Assembly: GCF_023055435.1 (NCBI RefSeq)
Contig: NW_025964223.1
Span: 25,234,001-25,298,000 of the forward strand
Reading direction: 5' to 3'
Origin: Haliotis rufescens
Lineage: Eukaryota
DNA: 64,000 bases
In this document: positions 12,001-24,000 of the stretch, in pieces
How positions within the stretch are numbered: position 1 is the first letter of the stretch
How the letters are laid out: each line of letters starts with the position of its first letter
Notes under the pieces: generated by a model
Seen by the model: the letters and a program-made list of their open reading frames with translations, nothing else
The model's database searches: none
Told to the model about the DNA's origin: nothing
Made by a program: the position numbers and the translations under genes

Positions 12001-15000
12001 ACAGACTGACCTCCTCGATGGATCTGGATGTGACGAGGTCGAGGGCAAGTCCGAGGGTCTTCTTGCGGACCTCCTGGTCTGGGGCGTTCAGAACACGCAG
12101 CACATCCATCACCAGCTCCTGCAACAATCAAGAGGATTCGTTTGTGTCGTGAGGAGCCATGTCTGTTGTGAACAGTCAAGTGTTGTAAGGAGCCATTTGT
12201 GTTGTGAAGAGTCATGTGTTGTGAAAAGTCATGAGTATATTGAGGAGTCGTGTGTGGTGAAGAGTTTGGGTACAAATGCTACTGACCTGCAGGACTTTCT
12301 CATGTGCAGCGACATCCTTAAGGTTGATGAGTCTGTCCAGGACAATCAGCTTGACATTGTTGTCACTCTCCTTCACAATCAGCTCGATGTAGCAGCTGGC
12401 GGCAGCCTACAGTTGGAAGCCACAGTATAAGCATCTTGTAGCACATTACAAATTACATGAAATTAAGTAAATATAAAATATAATAAATATAATTCACCAA
12501 AGAAAATATATAACATTGGGTTTTGATACAAATGACACCATAGCAACAAACATAACACAGGAATTGCTGTGGATAGTTCCCGAATAATTGAGATTGCACA
12601 CACTTGCCAATCTGTTAAAAGGAGGGAACATAAACCTAAAATTTGTAATCAAGTCCTCTTTATTATGTGCTACTAATGAAACTGAATTTGAGACAGTCCA
12701 CTTTTTCATGTAACTGATACAATACATGATACAATCAGAACAATTATTATCACAAAGATACTGGCCATGTTTGAGACGGAAGGACAGCAAGCCTCACCTT
12801 GATGGCCGTGGGGGCACTGGAGAGTGTGACGAGGGTGCCGGCGGCCTCGTACCTGACGGCGGGGCTGGACGAGTTGAGAAGGTTGTAGATGCAGCGGATG
12901 AAGCGGGCACGCTCAGAGGGGTTGGCATGGCAAACCTACAACACATACACACTTTCATGCACACCAGATGTCTTGAACGTTATCTGTGGAAGAAGTCACA
13001 GAAACTTCATCTGATTCATCTTACATTCAGAATTTCATGTGGCATTTAATCATATGAATGTATAATTTGAACAAACATCTGCTCAGTCATTGCTTCCTCA
13101 ATACCAGGTTGGATAGTACTTAAAAAACATGCATGTGATAATGACACCTCGGACACTGACACACCTATAACATACAAGGGAGACATTTTCTTCCACTTAA
13201 TCTATAATTTCTTTTGTGGTCACTTGAACATCCATTAGGACATTCACAAGAGACCTATCAATATAACTAGCAGTATGACAGCAAGTCTACTCTTCAATGT
13301 CAATATACATTCCCAGGCTGTGGCCTTACCTTGTAAATAAGTTCCACGATCACCAGCTGAAGGATGTCCCCGAAGGAGGTCACTTGGTCAATACAGCTGC
13401 TCAGGTAGTTAAGGGCACGCTCCTGGGGTAAAAAGAATCAGTAACAGATCATCTTCCTGACAATCACAGTCACCTAGATCACAATGACAGTCAGAGATCA
13501 CCTAGATCACAATAACAGTCAGAGATCACCTAGATCACAATAAGTCAGAGATCACCTAGATCACAATAACAGTCAGAGATCACCTAGATCACAATAAGTC
13601 AGAGATCACCTAGATCACAATAACAGTCAGAGATCACCTAGATCACAATAACAGTCAGAGATCACCTAGATCACAATAAGTCAGAGATCACCTAGATCAC
13701 AATAACAGTCAGAGATCACCTAGATCACAATAACAGTCAGAGATCACCTAGATCACAATAACAGTCAGAGATCACCTACCACACAATCAGAGTCAGAGAT
13801 CACCTAGATCACAATAACAGTCAGAGATCACCTACCGTAATCACAGTCAGGTGAGGTGAGGTGAAATGAGGTTTAACGTCGCGTCCAAGATTATTGCACT
13901 TATATAGCGACGTGTATGCACATGTGTGTGTGGCTGCTTGTACTAGTCCGGACTGATACCGATTTATAGTGCTAGCTCACTGAGATACCATGCCGCAGTT
14001 TAACATAAAACCCCACTCAGATACAGTATACTGACTCCGAGCCGACCAGTCCTTGTTTTAGCCCCTTACTGCAGAGCGCCAGACAGGATAACAACAAGTA
14101 CCATCTTTTAACGTCTTTTGGTATGATGCCGCCTGGGGATCGAACCCCGGACCTTCCGCTCTCCGTGCAGACGCTCTACTATTAGACCATGGAGGCGGTC
14201 CAATCACAGTCAGAGATCACCTAGATCACAATAACAGTCACATATCTTATACCTCACAACCACAGAGATCATCCACCTCACAACTGCAGTCAGAGCTCAT
14301 ATATACATCACAGTTACAGTCAGCCAGTTTCTACCTGCTTACCACTTGTGGATTTCAACCCACGATTAGCAGATCCAGCCAAGGTAGCAATGGACCTCTG
14401 TACAACTAGTTGTATCGAGATATATCAGCATAAGACAAAGATATAAATGTAACAAAAAATGATTTATTGAAACAGCAGCACCAACAGAAACTTCCAATCA
14501 CTTTTACTGAATATAAAACTTATCAATTAGAAATAACCAGTGCTTTATTATAAACAGTGTGTGAACATAAACTGACCTGATCAGCATGGATCAGCATCAT
14601 GAAGGCATTCCTCTTGCAGGACATGTCCTGTTCCCCCTCCAGGAAGTTAGCAATCAGTTCGGGGGCATCCGGGATCAGGAAGTCAAAATTCCTGAAAGAG
14701 GGATTTGGGAGTCAGTTGGGTATAATGCCATTTTCAGCAGTAGTTCAGTAATATCATGGGTTTGGTGAAACCCCTGAGTAGGACCATGGTGATGACAGAC
14801 AAGGGATCATAACTGTCAACTCTGCAGTGCCAGTTGCACCACCTTACAATGACATACAATTCCTGAAAGCAAACCTTTCATGTCCGTATATTTTGTTTCC
14901 TTAGAAGTCTCCTGCAATTTTACTGACTGTAAACAACCTGTTAACAGCATTGCAATCTTTTAGTCAGTTGGTGAGGTTATGATTTTTTTTATATCAAAGA

Positions 15001-18000
15001 TAACTCTCTACCCCAATAGGTAACTCTTATCAAGTGTTGGGTTGCCTTTATTTGTGAGCATGCTACACATGTAATTATCTTGTTGTCATTTAACAATGAA
15101 CTCCTCAATATTCCAGTTGTATGGCGGCGGTCTGTAAATAATCAAGTCTGGAAAAGACAGTCCAGTGATTGACATCATGAGTATCGACATGCATCAACCA
15201 ACAGCGAGCCCAACCACCTGATGCTGTTAGTAGCCTATTACGACAAGCATAGTTGCCTCTTACAGCAAGCATGGGTTGCTGAAGACCTATTCTCTACCCG
15301 GACCTTCATGAAAATATAGAGTGTCACTGTCAGTATGGAGAATGTATGCTTCATCTGCAGTTACATACCCTACTCCCAGAATGGTATACTTCTGGAAACT
15401 CTATGCATTTAACCTCAGTTTCTGAATATTTTACTAAGTGCATCATATCATCTATGTAAGTAACAGTGTTATATTAGAATTGAAGCTAAACGCTAACAAA
15501 ATGTTTTTAACTTCAGCGCAATAAAACAAACAGTGCCTTTCAGATCAAAATATCTAGGGTCAGCTGGTGCTGTTCCCCATTTGTAGGAAGACTAGTGATA
15601 CACAACAAACGCCTGTGACCTGACCTGCAGGTGATTACCATCATTACATGGGAAGTAATCACAGTCATAGAACTAGGTCCTTTATTACTTCATTTAGATT
15701 TATTCTCCAAACATAAGGTCAGTTGTTAAAATAATATTTTGCAAAACAATGTTTCTATGAAGCAATATCGAAAAAGCATAGTTAAAACATACAATACACG
15801 ACCTATTTTACAACTTTTAAAGCAAACTATTTGGAAACCAGTTGGCAATGGCAACAATTATTGCATACATACTCTCTTTTATACCATTTATATTACCATT
15901 TAAAAATGATAATTGCTGAAATTAGAAATTAAATGTATTTTCAAGTGTATGTGCTTATGTCAAAATTGTAACACAACTGTTCACAACTCCACCCTCAGAG
16001 TGGACAGATAGGATTTCTTTTTTCAAGTTACCATTACTTGGACAAGAAGATCTATGTTTAATGGTGACATTTGATCTCACATCAAGGTTTTCTCTACCAA
16101 TTTATTCATTCATTCAGCTTTATCATGTTTGACAGATCCTTCAATCCCTGAACACAAAGCCTGATGACAGGGGTATACTGTATCATGCTCTACGTTACAT
16201 TTCCCTATCTACTGGGGAATTACAAATTTGCAAATTGAAAAAGGATAGGTGTCTGTCTGCTTGACTGATATAAATAAATACAATTAAAACAATTAAAAAT
16301 AAATAAAATATCAAACACTTCAAACAAGATAACAAAACAAACATTTTAAAAGAGATGAAAGAAATATTTTAAAAAACTATGTCTTTCCCTTGAAACCACC
16401 GAGTTATGGATAAAAATATCTTTAAGTCATAGTTAAAAGTAATTTTCTCCTCAAATCACTAATAAACAACTGTTACACAGTAAAACTGTCAGGCAGCCTG
16501 CCCTGCCTAACATGAGCCTGCAAGATTGAATCAATACTGATCATGTGACTTAAGCTCAGCACATGATAGGGCTATTTTTAGATTTCCAGGAAGACAGGGT
16601 TTTCCAGGAAGAAGCTACTTTCACTTTTCAGTTTGCCACGAAGTGACGACACAGAAGGCTATCAACAGGATCAAGTAGGAGTGTATGCATATGAAATGAG
16701 TATTTGATCCAATATCTTGAGAATTTGACGTGTGAGATTACAACACACAGGTTTCAAGGAAAGGATTACAATCGTAACATATAAGATAGATGCATTGGGA
16801 TAGATAATGCCAATGTGAAGATAACTGCTGTTTGGTGAAATTATGGCCACATCAAAATCAGTGAGTACAACTTCAATCTTATTACCACAAAGGTAGTTGC
16901 TGAAAAAGGATATTACAATTATCAATTGACATTTATTCAGAAGATCACTGTGTAAAAGATGTTTTTGTGCTCCAATTACGTGTGAATTGCACTCATGCAT
17001 TGCATTCTCATCACAACAATTGTACTACTGAACATACAACACATAGACATTGAAATAAGGATCAAGGCTAATTCAGTTTTTAAGTGTGCTTAAACAATTG
17101 CATTTTCCCAGTTTGGTTAAAATTCCTAAAGGTTAAACATACTGGGTAAGCAAGGATAAGCTGAGTTATGGCCTCACAATTAACCCTATGAGGTCTGCCC
17201 ACTGGGGCATACCACTGACTGAAGAAAGGGGTAGCTGGTGGTCCTCCACAAGTAGTATGATGGTTACGTGAGTGTACTATTTTGGCTAACAAGTTCTAGT
17301 GGAAAGTTCATTAACACATAATCATGATAATAGTACATGCTGATGTCAGGTACCCCATGACTGGGTAAACGGTGACAGAAAAGGGAATTCATTTGCTTTA
17401 AAAATGGAATAATATTGTTTACACCAGAGAGCTTTAATGAATAGTGTTATGTCATTCATCAAATGATTGTGAAGGTTTAGACCTTAACATAGTGACAGTT
17501 ACTCAATGACATACTCCTAATTAATCCCATGTGATTGTTTATGGGGCTTCAGCATACTGTATGTTGCAATGTTGAGATAGGTGAGGTAAAATTGGGTTTA
17601 ACGTCGCGTCCAAGATTATTGCACTTATATAGCGACGTGCATGCACGTGTATGTGTGTGTGTGTGGCTGCTTGTACTAGTCTGGACTGATGCCGATTTAT
17701 AGTGCTAGCTCACTGAGATACCATGCCGCAGTTTAACATGAATACCCCACTCAGACACAGTATACTGACTCCGAGCCGACCAGTCCTTGTTTTAGCCCCT
17801 TAATGCCGAGCGCCAGACAGGGTAACAACAAGTACAATCTTTTAACATTTTTGTATGACGCGGCCCGGGATCGAACCCTGGACCTTCCGCTCTCCGGGCG
17901 GACGCTCTACCACAAGACCACGGAGGCGGTCCAATGTTGAGATAACTGGATTACCATAGCACATCCACTGTCACATACTGATGAGGTTTCTGTAGCTGAT

Positions 18001-21000
18001 CCACTTGTCAGACTAAGTGCGACAATGATCATGATGCTGCCCATTTCTCTTCTAACCGCTATTCCCCATTGCCTGTAGCCATCTTCAACACATCGTACAT
18101 GCTTACCTAGCTTTGACATGTTTAATTGTTGTAATTAATTTCTTTCAAACAACTTTTACAGAATTCTGGTATCGACTTATCACACCAACCTCTTAATAGT
18201 CAGTCTTATGAACAACTCATGTTTCCATGGGGGTTGTTGTCAATTTCATTGTCATGACCTGCACATGCACAACATGAGTACACCATCTCTACCTGTAACA
18301 AAGCATGTTTCCCCTAATTCTGTGCACTGCCTACTTGTCTCAAATGCATTTTGTGAGCAAATAAGATAATCAATAAAACAATAAACACAAATCCTATTTT
18401 CAAGGTTTCAGGGTGGGATAAATATCATGAAACATAAGATTCAAAAGGAAACTTTCATTTTGTCTTAGCTTTATTCAAAAAGTATTGTCAGCACAAAATA
18501 GATTTGTAAGTTCTGGTATGTATTTACATTCTTATGTAAAATCAGAAAGAAAACTTAATAAATGATATGATTTCTGTCATATTCAAGTAATTTAACTGAC
18601 TATTACAGATGAGGAAAGCTGTATTGAACTTCGCTACTGCAACCTCCAAGAACATTGTCAAACAAATCACAGTGGAGTGGAGCAAAAAGAAAGTGAAGAT
18701 CTGCAGCCTGTGTGTGTCAATATGTACAGTAAAGACTGGGGAAGTAGTCCTCATGTTCGTGACCTTGCAGCCAGGGGAGACAACTGTGGACCTGCCACTA
18801 CAGCTGGGAACAGAGGCAGGCACGGTCAGGCTTGTTGTCCATGGTCTGGCCGAGAAGGACTCAACACTAAGTCAGTACTACACCATTGCAGGAAGTTGTA
18901 TCAAACAGCTTACCAAGACTATAGCAGGTACAATAAACAATAATTCTTTGGAAAATGCAGGAAAAACATATATTTCTTGCCTCAGCTTTTGCTGAAGATT
19001 GCTTCTAATGTTTGCAAGGACATAATATTTTCCCTTCAACTGACTTTCATTACTAAAGCAGCCCTCATTTGACATTTTAATGAAATGTACATGGGTCATG
19101 GATACCATTTCACTTTGATAGGGCTTGAGATATGACACTAATTACATGTACATATTATAAGTAATCAGTCTTGTACATCTTCAAATAAAAGAAATATCTC
19201 TATGAAAAGTTCAATAGAATAAAGATCCATTGCTACTTAGACAGCTTCAGTTGTAAGAAACGTTTTATGAGAACAATATTTCTTGAGAATTACTATTTTT
19301 AACCAAAAATGTTTCAGAAACATCGGATGGGAAACTGACTCTCCAGTTATCGAACAAGCACACACTAGATGCCACATGTACAAAACTTCAGGAAAAAGTG
19401 GTAATTACATGTCGTTTTTCTATCTCATAAACAGTCACCACATGTATATAACTTCCTACATTAAGTTGGTAGGAAGATAGAACGAAGGAGTTTTGAATAA
19501 ATTGCTCATATGCATAAAAGTGATTATCAACGCTGATTGGTTAGTTCAGGCGTTATGGTTATGGTAAATAAATTACAAATATTACAAGTGATTACACAGC
19601 ATTTGATTGACTAAGCATGCAGTTTTTGGGCAATTATGATGCTCTAAACCTAAAACAAATTGGTCCACTGCCACTAGTGCCCCTGTTGCATTATTGCACA
19701 GATTTTGTGTTGTTGTCTGCAGTATTTGTGTTAATGATTAAATTAGCAGTCTGTGAAGTTACTATAGTTGACCTATTGGTCCATCATTGTTTATACAAGG
19801 GGTTAGACCGTATACATGCTGGTTCCTTTGTTCATACTTCCATAAAACATATTTAAGTCAGTTATTGATAACATCATCCATTGATCATGACATCACAAAT
19901 CGCTAACTTTATGTCATCTAAACATGTCACTGGCAAAGCTTGAGCATTGGTAATAAATGACATTACTAGTGAAAAGTACTAGCAGTGAAACGATACAGCA
20001 AGGTCACGATACAATGAGATTCACAATACATAGTTCACGATATAATATGTATCGCGACACACATATTTACATCAAATCACATGGAAACTTCTTGACTTTA
20101 AATATTTCATAGCAGGTTCAAACGAAAAGCTAGCTGTAGACACATGTTCGTAGTAGCTATTTTTTGTAGTGTCACTAATCATGCTAATTACAACACATTT
20201 TGGGATATTTGGCTTATTAAAATGCTGGGGGCGGGGGGATGTGTGTGTGTCATTCAACAAGTAGTAAGTTACAAATTTTAGCAAGTGTATCGTCTTGTAT
20301 TGATACAGGAAAATATGTATCATGTATCATATCGTGGAATGAATACCCCCTAAAAACTACATGAAGCAACACCTGTTTCCTTTCATCAACTATTGACACA
20401 CGTATCCCCCCACAACTGATTTCCGTTATCATGTTTTGTGGCCTTACAGGAGGAGTTTCAAATCGGCATCAAACAGCAACCGCCATCTTGGTACTACGTA
20501 TCTAATCTGCCAACAACAGGAAGCAGACAAAAGCCATCCACACGCCAGTTTCTGATAGTGCTTCAGCAGCGAGAGCCATTTGAAGAGTCACTTATGCTGC
20601 AATCAACAGCAAGCCCCTATGTCCAGATTCCTGTAGCACTGCCATCGCTGACTGACTTCGCCACCAAGGTGTACTGGGTGAAGTCAGTGCTACAGACCCA
20701 GAACTACGCACTGTACACAGTCTTCAGAAAGTCAGACACGCCTTGCTTCAGAACATGTGAGTAGGATGCCAGCAGTGTCAAATACACTTGCCTTATATGG
20801 CAACAAATAGTCTAGCTATATCACAGCGTGCTGCAAATAGTTGAGATTGGGACTAGCAGACCATTGGTTGATGGCATCATGTGGTACAGGGGACCCATCT
20901 TGCCAGGAATTCCAATGAGAGCGGGGGTGGGGCCAGTGATGGTAAAGTCCTGAAAGTGACATTCATAGTCTTAAACTAATCTACAAGACATGTAAGTCAT

Positions 21001-24000
21001 TAAAATTTCACAATCTATTTTCAGATTTATCCTTAGAAGAAATGACCACACTTCACACAAGAGCCACGTCTTTGGTGCCCAAGAACAAGAAGAAAGACTT
21101 TTACTATGTCATCCCCTACTTCTACAGAAACAAACCCCCGGAATACTACAGCAACATCTTCAAGAACCGTGGCGGCATCATGGAGACATACCGCAAAGAC
21201 TACAACGGTGACCGAGGCTCGCCAATCAATGGCAACATCGATGGTTTGTTCTTCGGGACAGGTCTTGATCCCAAAACACGTCTTCCTCCTGCATTTTCCT
21301 ACTATGGACGGCAACGTCTCTACATTCCAGCTGACATAATCTTCCACGACGCTGCCAATCTGTACTTTGCTGACTTCTACTGCCACTATGAAGTGCATTA
21401 TGTAACTCTGGTTCTCACTGAACCTGGTTCATCTGCTGATGTTTTCTGCCAAAACCGCTTGTTGAAGCTTGATCCCTACAACAACCCATTCCTGTTCAAA
21501 GAAGCCACGGTCCTCCCACTGTCCCGGCCCGAGATTTGTGTGACTCATAAACTACATGTGGAGGTCTTCTATACCGAACATGTCAACATTGGGGCATTGC
21601 AGAGATCAAAGCCCATGGATGTGTTCTTCAGAGATGTGCAACCCATGGGGGCTGGCAAGAGCAAACCTAGTGGAATCCCCAAAAATGCAAATTGCAAAAT
21701 ATGCAATTTGAAATGAAATATCAACTAAATTGTTATCAATTGATGTTCATGAAAAATTTCATATATTTTGTAATTCTACGATGAATAAGCTTTAAGAAAA
21801 TACTAAATGTAAGATTCTGAAAATATATACATGGGAGAAATTTGCTGTAAAAAACAATATTTTGCTGAAATCTCGCACATTTTTTCACGTCATTCAATAA
21901 CTGGTTACGTCTTCTACAGGTTATACATGAAGACATTTATAACATAAGGACAAGAACCCATTGACTTTATTTGAACACCGTGACTGTCATGATAACAGTA
22001 AAAACAGCAATTCATTCAACAGTGGTTCATCATTGTGTTCTCTTCCACTCATCCAAAGTGCTTTATTTCATTGTTTTATTGGTTTGACAGTGGTTGACAT
22101 GTTTCAAACAGGTGTTAGTGTTACATTTATAATTGTAAAAAGGTCAGGATCTGAAACAATCCACAGTATGATATGTAAAACCAGACTTTATTTTGTGTAA
22201 GATTTTAGTGCATTTGTAGGAATATTTTATCGTGGGTAATAATAACATGCAATAAAACACAACCAGTGCATCTAGTAAAGTGAACCTTCATTTTGATTGA
22301 GTAGTCAGTGTTAATCTGTTACATTTGTGTAAAATATCTGATTTTAATGAGATTGAACATAAATAAGCTGGCAAAATATACATTGTGTAAATGTGTCGCA
22401 AAATATACATTGTGTAAATGTGCCGCAGATTGCCAAAATGCTCATATTTTTACAGATCGTCATTCAATTGATCTCCATTTAAATTAATCACACTTAATAT
22501 CTTATTAACTGTAAGTAAACAGGCGGCGAAACCGCATTATCAAGGGTTCATACTGGGAAAGGGAGGTCACTCTAATTTCAAATGGGAGCCATCTCTGTTG
22601 TTTTCGTATTTGCGAGAAATTTCATCAGTCACGCTGTACGTTGTTGTTGGTCCAGCTATTAAATGCACAGCTTATCCCTAAGGTAAAACATATTCTTAAT
22701 TAAATGTTTGAATGCATTATATATTTATGTTTCCATCCGTACATCTTCTTAGATTGGTTTAGTGCTGATAACCATTTTCTAAAATGTGGGCCCACATTGT
22801 TCCCGTCATATATGGTGATCGAAACAAGTGGGGCCCTATATGTATATTCCCCTAGCTTCATTAGGTTGTTTAATTAGTGCTGATAATCAATTCCTAAATG
22901 TGGGCAGACGTTCTTCCGTCATATTGATTGCAACAGGAACGATCACATTTATTAATTGGGAAATTCCACTTAATCATTGATAACCATTTTCTAAAATGTG
23001 GGCCCACATTGTTCCAATCATATATGGTGATCAAAACAAGTAGACCCACATTTGTATATCGCCTTGTGGGCAGACGTTCTTCCGTCATAGTTATTGCAAC
23101 AGGAGGGACTACATTTATAAATTGCTAAGCTTCATTAGCTTGCCTTACTTATAACCATTTTCTAAAATGTGGGATCACTTCTTCTGTCATATAATGATCG
23201 AAACACGTGGGCCCACATTTGTAAATCGCTGGGTTGACTAAGTCGTTCAGTGGGCTCACATTTGTCATTACCTTGCACGGGTATGTAGCATTATATATTA
23301 TTCTCATGTTGTAACATTGATGGAAAATGTCTTTGTAAATTATTTAGTGTGACATTAGTTCCACGAAAGGCACACAAAGTCTTTGAAGTTTGAATAACGT
23401 CATTATAGCTGACCACATTCGTTCCATAATAGTTTTGCAAAAATAGTTACAAAGCAAGAAACTTAGATCTACTCCAAAATACATTTACAGAGGCAATACA
23501 ACTCATTCTACTTTTTCCAGTATAACAAATCAATCTAATCATAAGTTTTTGTGGCGATATAAGCCTGAAAATATGTCTACACTTGAATTGAACTCGGACA
23601 TGATACAAGCCTATCACCTCAAAATTGTTCCATAAACATGATAAAAGGAATTACTCATGAATATCAACGATCCCACAAACTAGTTTTGCGATGTTCGTAG
23701 AAGTGAGTTCTGCTGTAGTGTCTTCGCAGTTGTACATTCAAATCCAATTATAAGTCATAATACTTAATTTAAATAGACAAAATAGCAGTTTGTTTACGTT
23801 GTACATATTCTCAACAAGTGCGTTTAGTTTCGAATGTGGGCCCACCTAGAACTTTCGATAAGGCAAACAGAGTTAGCTCCAGGCAATGTGAAGCAGCTGA
23901 ACATACTGTATTTATATATATCAGCAAAGAAAGTGCTGTCTTGTAAATAAAACTGTACAAACAGACGATTTTTTCTTTATTATAGTTTTCTCCTCATTTA

